From NCBI GenBank assembly GCA_965224415.1, contig CBDCZB010000005.1, forward strand, positions 565,846 to 629,845: a DNA stretch of 64,000 bases. The letters are read 5' to 3'. This document shows, piece after piece, positions 1 through 9,468 of this stretch. The DNA is from Dehalococcoidia bacterium. Its GTDB lineage: Bacteria > Chloroflexota > Dehalococcoidia > Lucifugimonadales > JAGWBF01. Made by a program: the position numbers and the translations under genes. Numbering within the stretch: position 1 is the first letter of the stretch; the number at the start of each line of letters is the position of its first letter. Under the pieces are notes generated by a model. It worked only from the letters and a program-made list of their open reading frames with translations, made no database searches and was not told the origin of the DNA.

Positions 1-1286
1 ATTCCCATGTAGTGGCGCGGACCGGCGGCCAATTTGTCTTTCACCGCCTGTCCGTCCACTCCGCGGATGTCTATCCTGGTCAGCGCTCCGGTAATGGCGT
101 CGAATCCCGTAGCAAATATGATGACGTCCAACTCGTACTCGGCATCGGCGGTCTTAACGCCTTTCGGAGTGATGCTCTCGATGGGGGCCTCCCGCACGTC
201 AACCAGCAAGACATTGTCCCGGTTATACGCATCATAGTATCCACTTTCGCACGGCACACGCTTGGAACCAAAGGGGTGATCCTTGGGGGCCAGCAGTTCC
301 GCCACAGCAGGGTCCTTGACGCGCTGGCGGATTTTGTTGCGCACGAATTCGGAGTATTCGTCGTTGATCTCGCCGGGGGTCATAATTTCCGGAAAATTGG
401 CCAACCATTTCCCAAAGCCGGGCAAGTCCCACGTCTTTTCGTAGTGCGCCAAGCGTTCTTCCGGCGAGACCTCCAAGGCCGACCTAGGTTCAAATTGATG
501 GATAAACGAGGTCGGGGTTTCGCTGCAAATCTTGAAGATTTCGGGGTAGCTGGCCTTGATTTTATTTTGGGTCTCAGTGTCTATCTCCGTGTTGCGCAGG
601 GGCACGCAGTAATTCGGCGTGCGCTGGAATACGGTCAGATGGCCGACCTCCTTGGCAATTTCCGGGATTAGCTGCACTGCCGTGGCCCCTGTGCCAATGA
701 CTCCCACACGTTTGCCCGCCAGGTCCATGCCTTCCTCGGGCCATCTGCTGGTGTGGACCCACTCGCCCTTGAAGCTCTCGACTCCCTCGAAGTCGGGGAG
801 GTAGTGGGCTGACAGAATCCCGACGGCTGTGATCAAGTATTGCGCCCGGGCCAGGTGTCCGTCTTCCGTTTGAACCTCCCAGAGGTTCTCCTCCTCGTCG
901 TAGACCGCCGAAGTTACGTGGGCGTTTAATTGAATGTCCCGGCGCAGGTCAAACTTGTCCGCTACATAGTTGAAGTAGCGCTCGTTCTCAGGCTGCCCGG
1001 AAAAGAGCTCCTTCCAGTCCCACTCCTGAAGCAGTTCCTCCGAGAAGGAGTATGCATAGGTGTAGCTCTCGGAATCGAAGCGCGCGCCAGGATATCGGTT
1101 CCAGTACCAGGTGCCGCCCACTCCGGCCCCGTCCTCGAAGACCTTAACCGAGAGGCCAAGCCGACGCAGGCAGTACAATTGATATAGTCCGCAGACACCG
1201 GCGCCTATTATTATGGCGTCGTAACGCTCAACCTCGTCGGTTTGCCCCGCAACGGGGGCAGGCGTTTCGTGTAGAGAATTTCCCAT
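1..1286 (-). CDS. Baeyer-Villiger-type flavin monooxygenase, C-terminus cut by window start
   Basis: Absent from ORF track (no stop inside window). Minus-strand reading from ATG 1286-1284 (AGGAGG 9 nt upstream) gives MGNSLHETPAPVAGQTDEVERYDAIIIGAGVCGLYQLYCLRRLGLSVKVFEDGAGVGGTWYWNRYPGARFDSESYTY. The GxGxxG fold, GGTWYWNRYPG and the BVMO fingerprint FKGEWVHTSRW (about 745-780) were read directly. The + ORF 12..671 is its antisense shadow. Confidence 0.85.
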   Translation of the reverse strand, partial: MGNSLHETPAPVAGQTDEVERYDAIIIGAGVCGLYQLYCLRRLGLSVKVFEDGAGVGGTWYWNRYPGARFDSESYTYAYSFSEELLQEWDWKELFSGQPENERYFNYVADKFDLRRDIQLNAHVTSAVYDEEENLWEVQTEDGHLARAQYLITAVGILSAHYLPDFEGVESFKGEWVHTSRWPEEGMDLAGKRVGVIGTGATAVQLIPEIAKEVGHLTVFQRTPNYCVPLRNTEIDTETQNKIKASYPEIFKICSETPTSFIHQFEPRSALEVSPEERLAHYEKTWDLPGFGKWLANFPEIMTPGEINDEYSEFVRNKIRQRVKDPAVAELLAPKDHPFGSKRVPCESGYYDAYNRDNVLLVDVREAPIESITPKGVKTADAEYELDVIIFATGFDAITGALTRIDIRGVDGQAVKDKLAAGPRHYMG

Positions 1287-1295
1287 ATTATCGTT

Positions 1296-1317
1296 CCTCC
1301 TTCCGGCCTCTAGGAGG
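1296..1317 (-). promoter_or_regulatory. possible anti-SD:SD hairpin in the monooxygenase 5' UTR
   Basis: mRNA sense reads CCUCCU-agaggccgga-AGGAGG, then 9 nt, then AUG. The 6-nt inverted repeat could sequester the only Shine-Dalgarno. Confidence 0.2.
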
Positions 1318-1507
1318 ATATGCCCCCTCTTGCACAGTTCTGAGGCTTCACTTGAGGCGCTCGCAAGAGCCGTCTTTTGGCGTCCTCAATTTTACATCGC
1401 ACATAGATAGGGTGTACACAGTCCCCTTGTTGGAACGATCTGGCGTCGGAGGGTCTGGGAACGCCCCGCGGAATGTGAGGGTTCTGGGTTCGGACCGGCG
1501 CCGAATC

Positions 1508-1849
1508 TTAGAAGGACTCCCCCTCGGAAAGTCCTTCATCGGAGAAGAACGGTTTGTCCCAGTCGAGGTCGTCACGTCCCAGAAGGTGCGAGTTGTACAG
1601 TTTGCAGGCCCGGAGCCACAGCAGTATGGCGGCGCTTCGGACCTGGTCCCGGGACTTGGTGAGTCGCCCGTCCCGCCGCTTGACCCACTCTATGTGGCCG
1701 GTTTCCAGGAACTCCAGAAACCACCTAGTGGGTTCCACGTCATAGACAGATACGTGGAGGACTTCTGGGGGTATCTCTCGGCCCAGGACTACGGGATTTT
1801 CTGATGCTATGCGGAGGAACTCTTCCTCCTTTTGCCGGTCCATGGTCAT
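1508..1849 (-). CDS. hypothetical protein (113 aa)
   Basis: ORF track; ATG at 1849, co-oriented 33 nt downstream of the NHL gene; no recognisable motif. Confidence 0.4.
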   Translation of the reverse strand: MTMDRQKEEEFLRIASENPVVLGREIPPEVLHVSVYDVEPTRWFLEFLETGHIEWVKRRDGRLTKSRDQVRSAAILLWLRACKLYNSHLLGRDDLDWDKPFFSDEGLSEGESF

Positions 1850-1882
1850 GGGGTCAGAGTCCTCGACGCTCCGGGCCGCGAA

Positions 1883-2926
1883 TCACAGGTTGAACTGCGG
1901 CTCCATGTAGTCTTTGACCTTGTCGTATATCTGGACCCGCTTACGTTGGGGCTCCGTAATCATCAGGCGATTTCTGGACTTGTCGAAGTCAATGCCGGTG
2001 GGCATGGCCAGCTTCCACTCAGGCTCCTGGCTCTCCACTCGGCGCCAGGCCTTGCCCACGTCGGCGTTGGCCTCAAGAGTTCCTCGGTGCCACTTGGCCA
2101 TCACCTGGGCGTCTCCTACGAGATGAGTAATGAAGAAACCGTCGGGAGCGTAGACGTTCACACGCTGGTTCCTCCAGTCGCAGACGTACACGTCGCCGTC
2201 GTTGTCCACCGACACCGCCGACGGGCGCTGCAGCTGGCCCTTGCCTGTGCCGTACCCGCCGTAGACCTCCAGCACACGACCGTCGGGGCTGAATTTTTGC
2301 GCCCGGTGGTTCTTGTGGTCGGCGACGTATACGTTGCCCTCGGAGTCGGCAGCCATGCCCCAGGGCGAGTCCAGTTCCCCAGGCTCGGATCCGTGGCTTC
2401 CCCACTTGTCAAGGAACATACCGTCGGTTGAGAACTTCTGCACCCGGTGGTTATAGGTGTCCCCTATCCACACGTTATCGTCGGGGTCTATAGCGATGCC
2501 TGAGGGCATGGACAGTTCCCCGTCGCCGGAGCCTCCTTGGCCCCAGACAGCGATGAAATTCCCCTCTTTGTCCCACACGGAGACCCTGTTCATCCACTCG
2601 TCGGTGACGTAGACGTTGAACTTGCTGTCCAGCGCGAGGCAGCCCGGCCAAATCAGCTTGCCCGGCTGGTCTCCATAGCCTCCGAACTCACCTACGAACT
2701 CCTCTTCGTCTTTCGTTGAGGTGATGGTGAGCATGCCGACCTTGGCCTGGGAGGCTGTCTTGGTCCAGTGGACGTTGGATATTTGCTCCGACTGCTTGGT
2801 CAGGACGTAAACCGTGTCGCCCTCGCCCGCCGCAATGTCTACGGGATACAGTCCAAGTTGCGCTCCGCCGCCTATCGCAAAGGCGAAATCGTAAGTCCTG
2901 CCTACGGCCGTCTGGGTAAGGGCCAT
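1883..2926 (-). CDS. NHL-repeat beta-propeller protein
   Basis: ORF track 347 aa; recurring NHL-type blades MNRVSVWDKEG, NHRVQKFSTDG, NHRAQKFSPDG, NQRVNVYAPDG, KRVQIYD. Confidence 0.8.
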   Translation of the reverse strand: MALTQTAVGRTYDFAFAIGGGAQLGLYPVDIAAGEGDTVYVLTKQSEQISNVHWTKTASQAKVGMLTITSTKDEEEFVGEFGGYGDQPGKLIWPGCLALDSKFNVYVTDEWMNRVSVWDKEGNFIAVWGQGGSGDGELSMPSGIAIDPDDNVWIGDTYNHRVQKFSTDGMFLDKWGSHGSEPGELDSPWGMAADSEGNVYVADHKNHRAQKFSPDGRVLEVYGGYGTGKGQLQRPSAVSVDNDGDVYVCDWRNQRVNVYAPDGFFITHLVGDAQVMAKWHRGTLEANADVGKAWRRVESQEPEWKLAMPTGIDFDKSRNRLMITEPQRKRVQIYDKVKDYMEPQFNL

Positions 2927-2955
2927 AATGAACCTCCCAATGTGGCTTGTACGCT

Positions 2956-2994
2956 CCCTCTCCCGAGTGCTGGAGAGGGTTGGGGTCAGGGGGG
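2956..2994. repeat. GC-rich REP-like palindromic element (short copy)
   Basis: CCCTCTCC (2956-2963) / GGAGAGGG (2972-2979) stem with 8-nt loop, followed by TTGGGGTCAGGGGGG. Lies just 3' of the DUF1501 gene and shares the CCCTCTCCC/GGGAGAGGG/GGGGTGAGGG-type motifs of 4171-4259. Confidence 0.5.
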
Positions 2995-3019
2995 TCTAAA
3001 CCTCTCCAGGAGACTCCTT

Positions 3020-4150
3020 CTACCCCAGGAAGGCAGGCTTCTCGAAGTTCCCTTCCACTATGGGTATGGGGTCGAGACTGAGCCAGTCTTCCAGGATGGT
3101 GGAGTAGACCCCTCGGAAGTCGGTGCTGGGGACAAGGTCTCCCTGCTCCAGGTCCGGCTGCTTGAGGGATGGGTACTCGCCGTACTGGCCTCCCTTTACG
3201 GCGTCGCCTATCACCAGGGACGGGCCGGCAGCTCCGTGGTCGGAGCCGGAGCCGTTGTCGTGCACCCTGCGTCCGAACTCGGAAAAGACCAGCATGATTA
3301 CGTTGTCCGACGCGTCGTGCTCCTTCAGGTCGGCGAAGAAAGCGTCGACTGCCCGGGAGACGTCCGTCCACAGAGTGGCGTGGGTGGGAAGCTGGTACGA
3401 GTGGGTGTCGAAGCTTCCGTGGTCCACGTAGAAGATGCGCGTCCCCAGGTCAGCCATATGGACCTGGGCAATGCCTTTCATCTTCTTGGCCAGCGGGGTG
3501 TCGGGGTACTCCACGTTGGAGGAATACCTCTCGGGCGCGACGGCCAGGATGTCGGCGCCCTCCAGGGAGTCGAGTCCCGTCTGGCCCAGGTAGTCGTTGA
3601 CTGGGCCGGAGCCCACGGCGGGGGAATACAGCCGCGCGAACCTCTCCAGAATGGCGTTACGCTGCTTTTGCTCGGAGATTCCCGGCAGGAAACCGTAGGT
3701 GTCCAGGTCGTCGACGCAGGCCACAGGGACTCCGGGGTACGCCAGCGCTCTGAAGAGGCTGGGGCCGAAGCTCACCGTGGTCACCACGTTTTCCTTGTTG
3801 GGGTCGATTTCTTTAGTGGCGCGTCCCAGCCACCCCTCGGTGCCCAGCTTGTCGGGCTCACAGGTGTGCCAGATGTCCATGGAGCGGAAATGAGACCTGG
3901 GGGAGTTGGGGTATCCCACGCCGTGGAGTATGGCCACGTCGCCCCGCCGGTACAGGTCGGCCATCTCGCCCATGCTGGGGTGGAAGGCGATTTCATCGTC
4001 CAGCTTGTGGACCTTCTCCTCGTCCACCTTCACCACGGGGCGGTTGTCATAGTAGAGGGAGTTGGTATAGGGCACCACGCAGTTGAGGTAGTCGTTGCCC
4101 CCCGACAGTTGCATGACCACCAGGACCGGGTCCTTCTTGCTCGTCGCCAT
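3020..4150 (-). CDS. DUF1501 family (sulfatase-like) protein
   Basis: ORF track 381 aa starts at TTG 4165; ATG 4150 with AAGGAGG 5 nt upstream preferred. Motifs VMQLSGGNDYLN and SEFGRRVHDNGSGSDHG, and position directly downstream of a DUF1800 gene. Confidence 0.8.
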   Translation of the reverse strand: MATSKKDPVLVVMQLSGGNDYLNCVVPYTNSLYYDNRPVVKVDEEKVHKLDDEIAFHPSMGEMADLYRRGDVAILHGVGYPNSPRSHFRSMDIWHTCEPDKLGTEGWLGRATKEIDPNKENVVTTVSFGPSLFRALAYPGVPVACVDDLDTYGFLPGISEQKQRNAILERFARLYSPAVGSGPVNDYLGQTGLDSLEGADILAVAPERYSSNVEYPDTPLAKKMKGIAQVHMADLGTRIFYVDHGSFDTHSYQLPTHATLWTDVSRAVDAFFADLKEHDASDNVIMLVFSEFGRRVHDNGSGSDHGAAGPSLVIGDAVKGGQYGEYPSLKQPDLEQGDLVPSTDFRGVYSTILEDWLSLDPIPIVEGNFEKPAFLG

Positions 4151-4170
4151 CGCGGCCTCCTTCAACTTCT

Positions 4171-4259
4171 ACCCTCACCCCAACCCTCTCCCAGAAAGAG
4201 AGAGTTGGCAGGCGCCCCAAGCCCCCCACTCCCTTGGGAGAGGGGCCGGGGGTGAGGGT
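4171..4259. repeat. GC-rich REP-like inverted repeat (long copy)
   Basis: ACCCTCACCCCAACCCTCTCCC (4171-4192) is the imperfect reverse complement of GGGAGAGGGGCCGGGGGTGAGGGT (4236-4259), spacer about 43 nt; sits between DUF1800 stop and DUF1501 start. Confidence 0.55.
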
Positions 4260-4263
4260 TTGC

Positions 4264-5664
4264 TTACGCGTATTGATAGTCCCTGAGGGAAACGATGACC
4301 TGCAGCAACTCGGTCACGCGGAGCGTGGAGGCGGCCGCTTCGTCGTCGTCCCACCTGAGGACGCCTTCCTGGGCAGCGTGGCCCAGCAGCTCCTCCCTGG
4401 ATGCGGCGTCCACTTCCAGCGGGCCCATGAAACGCAGCAACGTGTCCACCACCGCCTCGGGGGACTGGTCGTCCTGGCTCCTGACCCGCTCGATGATTTT
4501 CTTCACACCCGGCTTGTCGGCGTCGCCGTACATGTCGGCGCTGAAGTTTATCCTGCGCATCAGGGAGCCGCTGTTAATCCACTCCTTGCCCGTGTGCCAT
4601 CCCTCCACGCTGGGCGGGTTGAGCAGGTCCTGGCCCATGTAAGAGTACTGCCGAGACATGTCGCCGATTCCAGGGAAGGGGAACTCGTACCCACCGACCT
4701 GCCGCAGAGTCCCCACCACCACTTCCGTGGGGCTCTTGATGCGGGAGAAGCGGGCGTTCTTGAAGAAGTCGGAGTTGAACAGCGTGCGGAGCACGGACTT
4801 GATGTCGTAACCCGACTCGACAAAGGCCTTGGAGAGGGTCTCTATGGCCTCAGGGTCCCTGGGAGGAGTCACCGACCAGGCCGGCACCTGGGGCTCGTCG
4901 GCTACGAAGAAGTTGTACAGGTGGCGGGAGACGAAATTGGCTGTGGCCGGCTGCCGGCAGATGATGTCAATCACATCCTCGCCGTTGAAGTTCCCCACGT
5001 TGCCCAGGAACTCCTTCTCCGTGTTGTCGTGGAACTCCTCGTTGTACTCGAACTCCCACTCGAAACGGCCCATTGGGAACCGGGGCAGCATGTACTTGAT
5101 GCTCCATCCGGTAAAGGCCCGGGAGCACTCGTACACGTCCTTCTCGGTGTAGTTGCCCACGCCCATAGAGAAGAGCTCCAGCAGCTCACGGCCCCAGTTC
5201 TCGTTGACGGCGTAGTTGCGGTTCTCGATGTTGTCCAGCCAGTGGAGCATGGCCGGGTTCTTCGCCACGTCAACCAGCAGCTCCTTGTAGCTGCCCAGGC
5301 CCTTCTCCCGGAACAGGTCGACCATGACCATGATTTCGTAGTATTGGTCGACCTTGGAGACGCCGGTGGCGAAAATTTGGTGCCAGAAGAGGGCCATCTT
5401 TTCCTGGAGAGGGGCCTTGGTGTTGAGCATGTAGAAGAGCCAAGGAGTGGAACCGAACCCAAGAACCGTCCCTATCTTCCAGGCCCAGGGGTGGTAGCGA
5501 AAGAGATCGTATATGTCCACGGGCTCGTGAAGCTCGGGGTGAAGAAGCTCCTCCACCGTGGCCTCGTAGCCCTTGGCGACGTGGGCATCCAACTCGTCCA
5601 GGGACGCGCCGAAACCTGCGCGCCTCATCAGGTGGGCCATCAACGCAATGTCATCGTTCGCCAT
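4264..5664 (-). CDS. DUF1800 family protein
   Basis: ORF track 480 aa; ATG 5664 behind GGAGGCGGAG preferred (MANDDIALMAHLMRRAGFGA...). N-terminal RRAGFGA motif and pairing with DUF1501. Confidence 0.8.
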   Translation of the reverse strand: MANDDIALMAHLMRRAGFGASLDELDAHVAKGYEATVEELLHPELHEPVDIYDLFRYHPWAWKIGTVLGFGSTPWLFYMLNTKAPLQEKMALFWHQIFATGVSKVDQYYEIMVMVDLFREKGLGSYKELLVDVAKNPAMLHWLDNIENRNYAVNENWGRELLELFSMGVGNYTEKDVYECSRAFTGWSIKYMLPRFPMGRFEWEFEYNEEFHDNTEKEFLGNVGNFNGEDVIDIICRQPATANFVSRHLYNFFVADEPQVPAWSVTPPRDPEAIETLSKAFVESGYDIKSVLRTLFNSDFFKNARFSRIKSPTEVVVGTLRQVGGYEFPFPGIGDMSRQYSYMGQDLLNPPSVEGWHTGKEWINSGSLMRRINFSADMYGDADKPGVKKIIERVRSQDDQSPEAVVDTLLRFMGPLEVDAASREELLGHAAQEGVLRWDDDEAAASTLRVTELLQVIVSLRDYQYA

Positions 5665-5949
5665 ATCTCCGCCTCCTCGATCGTATTCCACGCCTGTCCG
5701 GCACACATGTTTTAGGCGTAATTCAAGTGGCTAACAGTATAGGCAATCCCCATATCGGGCGTCAACAAACCGTATCTCCTCAAAGGGAACAGGCCACAGA
5801 ACCGCGGCCTCAATACGCTCAGTTGCGTATCTCCCCGCCCGGAAGTTCGGACCAGGGGAGCCTCCTGGCAAGTCACCGAGCATGTTCAGAGGCATCACCG
5901 TGAGCGAAATGGCCAGTCGGAACCTGAGTGTGGAGATTCTCGATTTTGT

Positions 5950-7545
5950 CTAGTTTGGTGGACTACCGTTTACGGAAGATACCACCGAGCCGTTCAGCGG
6001 TATCTCCTGGACTTTTTTTCCTGGAATCAAGCTGTCGTCGGGCATTGGAACGGTGTAACGGACGACGGCGTTGTCGGGCAGAAGCTCGATCTCCCTGACG
6101 AAGGTCTCGATGAAGGCCCTGCGCTCGGTCAGCTCGCTCTTTTGCAAGAACCTGCTCATGTCCTTGGCGTAGGCGGTGATGGTCTTGACGTCGTCGAGGA
6201 CCGCCCTGCGCTGGGCCAGGATTGCCCTCGCCCCCTCAGCGGCGGACTCAAGGCGCTCCTGACGCTCCTTGTGGTCTCGGATGCGGTGGGCGAAGTCGGC
6301 CATGTTGAACTCGGTCGTCGTCTCCACGAGGTCGTAGAGCCGGTCGAGTCTGCCCCTCACGTCGGCAAGCTCCGACTGGATGGTCTCCAGCCGCTTGCGC
6401 TCGTCGCCGGCCACGTCGTCCATCTGCTCGTCCACGACATTGACCAGGCTCCGAATGTTGCCCTCGGTCAGGATGTTGGAGCGAATCAAGCCGACGACCA
6501 GCTCCTCGAACTTTCGGGCGTCGACCCTGGGCGAGTCGCAGGACCCGGGCGCGCGCTTCACGAAGGAGTGGCAGACGTAGTAGGGGAACGTGCCCCTGCT
6601 GGAGTAGCGGCCCGAGAGCGCCCTCTTGCACCTGTAGCACTTGACCAGGCCACTCAGAAGGAAGGTGCTTCCGACCCTGCGGGGGTGGGTCATCCTGGGG
6701 GCTCGGGAGCGCAGTATCCTGTTCACCCGGTCGAACTGGGCCTTGGCGACGGTGGCGGGGAACGCCTTGTCCACCCGCACCGGGTCGGCCCCGTCCTTGG
6801 CGTTGTTGCCCCAGACGAGGATGCCCAGGTACGCCTCGTTTCTGAGGATGTTGTGGACTGTGGGCTTGTTCCAGAGCTTACCCCTGGGGCTGGCGATGCC
6901 CTCGTCGTTGAGGATGCGGACGATCGTCATCATCCCCTTGCGGGACTCGGCCAGGTCGAAGATGCGCTTGACGATGCCCGTCGTTTCGGGGTCCGGCTCC
7001 AGGGTGGGCCTCTCCTTGGGGCCGTCCTGCACCTTGACCTTCCTGTAGCCGTAGGGGGCCATGGGAGCGACCCAGAAGCCCCTGGATGCGGCTTCCCTCA
7101 TACCCCGCAGGACTTCCATCGCCAAATTCTCGCTGTAGAACTCGTCCACGGTCTCTATGATGCCTTCGAGGAGCCTGCCGGTGGGGTTGTCCTCGGCCTG
7201 CTCGGTGATGGAGACGACGCGGAGGCCCTTGCGCCTGAGCATGGACTTCAGAATGACGGCGTGCTCCCGCTTGCGGGTGAAGCGGGAGAACTTCCAGACC
7301 AATATCTCCTTGAAGGGGGCCTCGGTCCTCTTGGCCTCGTCCAGCATCTTCTGGAACTCCGGGCGGTTCATCACGCGTCCGCTCTCCGCCTCGTCCACGT
7401 ACTCCCGGACGACCTCGTAGCCGTTCTTGTCGGCGTAGTCCCTGAGCGCTCTCAGCTGGGCGGACACGGACAGGTCCACGTCCTGGCGGTCGCTGGAGAC
7501 CCTGGCGTAGAGGGCTGCCGGCGTGCGGTCGTTTCGTTCACTCAT
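5950..7545 (-). CDS. large serine recombinase (integrase)
   Basis: ORF track frame; ATG 7545 behind AAGGAGGAGC gives MSERNDRTPAALYARVSSDRQ (catalytic Ser motif). Resolvase core, recombinase domain, Cys-rich zinc ribbon CYRCKR...YYVCHS, coiled-coil C-terminal region. Confidence 0.9.
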   Translation of the reverse strand: MSERNDRTPAALYARVSSDRQDVDLSVSAQLRALRDYADKNGYEVVREYVDEAESGRVMNRPEFQKMLDEAKRTEAPFKEILVWKFSRFTRKREHAVILKSMLRRKGLRVVSITEQAEDNPTGRLLEGIIETVDEFYSENLAMEVLRGMREAASRGFWVAPMAPYGYRKVKVQDGPKERPTLEPDPETTGIVKRIFDLAESRKGMMTIVRILNDEGIASPRGKLWNKPTVHNILRNEAYLGILVWGNNAKDGADPVRVDKAFPATVAKAQFDRVNRILRSRAPRMTHPRRVGSTFLLSGLVKCYRCKRALSGRYSSRGTFPYYVCHSFVKRAPGSCDSPRVDARKFEELVVGLIRSNILTEGNIRSLVNVVDEQMDDVAGDERKRLETIQSELADVRGRLDRLYDLVETTTEFNMADFAHRIRDHKERQERLESAAEGARAILAQRRAVLDDVKTITAYAKDMSRFLQKSELTERRAFIETFVREIELLPDNAVVRYTVPMPDDSLIPGKKVQEIPLNGSVVSSVNGSPPN

Positions 7546-7759
7546 CTGTTGCTCCTCCTTGTCTCTTCCTATTGGGTTGGCGCGAGCGCCGCATCTGCGT
7601 CCTCTCCTGTCTGCGCCACTCCCTCTCCTCCAGGTAGAGGCGAAACCCCTCACGCAGAAGCTCGCTCACGGTGCGGCCCTCCTCCTCGGCCACCTGCCTC
7701 AGTTGCTCTTCCATGGCGGGCGGCATGGAGAAGGTGACGATCTTCGTGGTCCTTGCCAT
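7538..7759 (-). CDS. ribbon-helix-helix (CopG-like) protein
   Basis: ATG 7759 gives MARTTKIVTFSMPPAMEEQLRQVAEEEGRTVSELLREGFRLYL (strand-helix-helix pattern); 8-nt overlap with the recombinase start. Confidence 0.7.
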   Translation of the reverse strand: MARTTKIVTFSMPPAMEEQLRQVAEEEGRTVSELLREGFRLYLEEREWRRQERTQMRRSRQPNRKRQGGATDE

Positions 7760-7905
7760 GTGTTTTTTGCTCTTTGTAGTAATACTAAGTCCTACCCTTA
7801 TCATGGACGAACCGGCTGCCCCTGTCAAGGGCCGCAGCCCCTATAACCGGCGCTCTGAATGGAGTAAAATGAGGTGGTAGAAACTGAGAAGGAGAGGCTC
7901 TCCCT

Positions 7906-8262
7906 ATGGGGACATTCAGGTGGCCGCTGCGCATCTCCAGCATGGATGGGCAGCAGGAGCGGGACGTGGAGGCAACGGTAGACACCGGGGCCGCCTACAC
8001 GACGCTGCCCGGCAGCCTGCTGCGCGAGCTGGGGATCGAGCCGATGGACAAGGGCGTCTTCCTGCTCGCCGACGGTCGCCGGGTGGAGATGGACATTGGG
8101 AGAGCTTGGGCCACGGTCGACGGCTCCAGCGAGGTCACTCTCGTCGTGTTCGGAGAGGACGACGCCCCGGCTCTGCTGGGAGCCTACACCCTGGAAGGGT
8201 TGAGGCTGGCGGTGGACCCCATTGCGCAGCGACTCGTTCCCACCCATCTCATCATGTACTAG
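7906..8262 (+). CDS. retropepsin-like (clan AA) single-domain aspartic protease
   Basis: ORF track 118 aa; ATG behind GAAGGAGAGG; single DTGA active-site motif (EATVDTGAAYTTLPG) in a ~118 aa protein. Confidence 0.6.
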   Translation: MGTFRWPLRISSMDGQQERDVEATVDTGAAYTTLPGSLLRELGIEPMDKGVFLLADGRRVEMDIGRAWATVDGSSEVTLVVFGEDDAPALLGAYTLEGLRLAVDPIAQRLVPTHLIMY

Positions 8263-8329
8263 GAGGGTGGGGCGCCCGTCGAGCTCCTTCTTCTTGCACC
8301 GTGCCGTCGGCTCCACCCGCTCACACCCC

Positions 8330-9181
8330 TCAGTGGCCCTCGCACTCGTTCCCAAAGCCGTCTCGTAGGCCGTCAGCTCCCAGGGCCTCCTCGTCGAGGG
8401 CGACCGCCTCCGCCAAGGGCATTCGCAGAGAATGGAGGTACGGTTCCTTGGCGAACGCCAGCCCACCTCGCATCCTGTCGTCGATCTCGACCGCCTCGGC
8501 GAACAGCTCCGGCCAGCGGCGCTTGGTCTCCACCCAACGCTGGCGGGACTGGAAGGGGCAGGCGACGCAGGCCGAACGTTCCAGGGGTCTGTCGTAGCGG
8601 GCTTCCCACCATTCCATGCAGTCCCTCCTTGACATCCCAGCCTCGATGAGGGGGTATCGGTTCTCTATCCACCTGTCACGGGAGGTCTTCATGCGTATGG
8701 CCTCGTCGGTGGAGATGCCGAGCCACAGCTCGACGGTGGTTCCGGCGGGGACGCGCTGCCGGGGTCGCAGCCCTAGCAGCTCCCGCATCCTGCGTCTGAT
8801 GGGCCGTATCTTGTAGTTGTCGGTGCACTGGCGTCTGCCGATGCCGTCGCCCTCTCCGTCGCGTCCCTTGAGGTAGACTGGTATGTCCACGTAGCTGCGT
8901 GAGTCCGAGTGGTTGGTGAGGGCCTTCACGTCCTCGCGGAGGCTTCGCCCGTTGTCGACGACGTGCAGGGGGAAGCTCAGCCGCCCTTTGAGCCACTTGA
9001 TGTGCTCGTAGACGCTCGGGGGCTCCCAATGGGTGTCGGCGAAGACGGCGCAGTCGGGGATGCGGTCGAAAGCGCCCCCCGATCCAGTCGAGGGCAGGCT
9101 CTGGCTCGCCATGAGCGCCATGACGGAGGACTGGACGTCTCCGCCTAGGCTGAGGACCGTCAGCGTTGGTGGGTTGCTCAT
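8330..9181 (-). CDS. PAPS-reductase-like PP-loop family protein
   Basis: ORF track 283 aa; N-terminal PP-loop-like LSLGGDVQSS, C-terminal Cys pair CVACPFQSRQRW; resembles the phage/ICE-borne PAPS reductase (CysH/DndC superfamily) proteins. Confidence 0.7.
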   Translation of the reverse strand: MSNPPTLTVLSLGGDVQSSVMALMASQSLPSTGSGGAFDRIPDCAVFADTHWEPPSVYEHIKWLKGRLSFPLHVVDNGRSLREDVKALTNHSDSRSYVDIPVYLKGRDGEGDGIGRRQCTDNYKIRPIRRRMRELLGLRPRQRVPAGTTVELWLGISTDEAIRMKTSRDRWIENRYPLIEAGMSRRDCMEWWEARYDRPLERSACVACPFQSRQRWVETKRRWPELFAEAVEIDDRMRGGLAFAKEPYLHSLRMPLAEAVALDEEALGADGLRDGFGNECEGH

Positions 9182-9182
9182 A

Positions 9183-9407
9183 TCAGCCCTCCTCCTCGCC
9201 GCCGTCCTCCCCGGCTTCGGGCCGGGGCGATGCGGCCGCCTGCTCCTCCATGTAGGAGCGGATGGCGACGCGGGCCAGGATGCGCAGCCCCTTCAGGACC
9301 GCCCTGCGATGTTCAGGCGTATAGGACGGCATGGAGCGCTCCAGGGCGTCTTCAAGCTCCTGCTCTCCGGGCCTCTTTCGTCCGTTGTTTCTTCTAGGAT
9401 CTTTCAT
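9183..9407 (-). CDS. small hypothetical protein (74 aa, acidic tail)
   Basis: ORF track; ATG 9407; stop 1 nt before the PAPS-reductase-like start (translational coupling); no motif. Confidence 0.4.
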   Translation of the reverse strand: MKDPRRNNGRKRPGEQELEDALERSMPSYTPEHRRAVLKGLRILARVAIRSYMEEQAAASPRPEAGEDGGEEEG

Positions 9408-9468
9408 GTTGCGCAGTCGCAGCGGCGAATCGTCGGGCCGCTGTCCTCTCGTTACGGGTCTGTGACGG

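Noticed and set aside
12-671. 219-aa + strand ORF at the window start
   Set aside because: It is the antisense shadow of the minus-strand Baeyer-Villiger monooxygenase, whose motifs read clearly; the + frame has no motif and Arg/Gly/Val-rich composition.
5707-5949. tRNA or tmRNA gene as integration target next to the recombinase
   Set aside because: No cloverleaf-compatible segment or conserved T-loop/anticodon-stem pattern could be found by eye; large serine recombinases also do not require tRNA targets.
2768-7737. Long + strand ORFs 2768..4255, 4234..5715 and 6142..7737 (about 490-530 aa each)
   Set aside because: Each lies exactly opposite a well-supported minus-strand gene (DUF1501, DUF1800, recombinase). 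High GC suppresses stops in alternative frames, and the translations are low-complexity G/R/V/A/P-rich.
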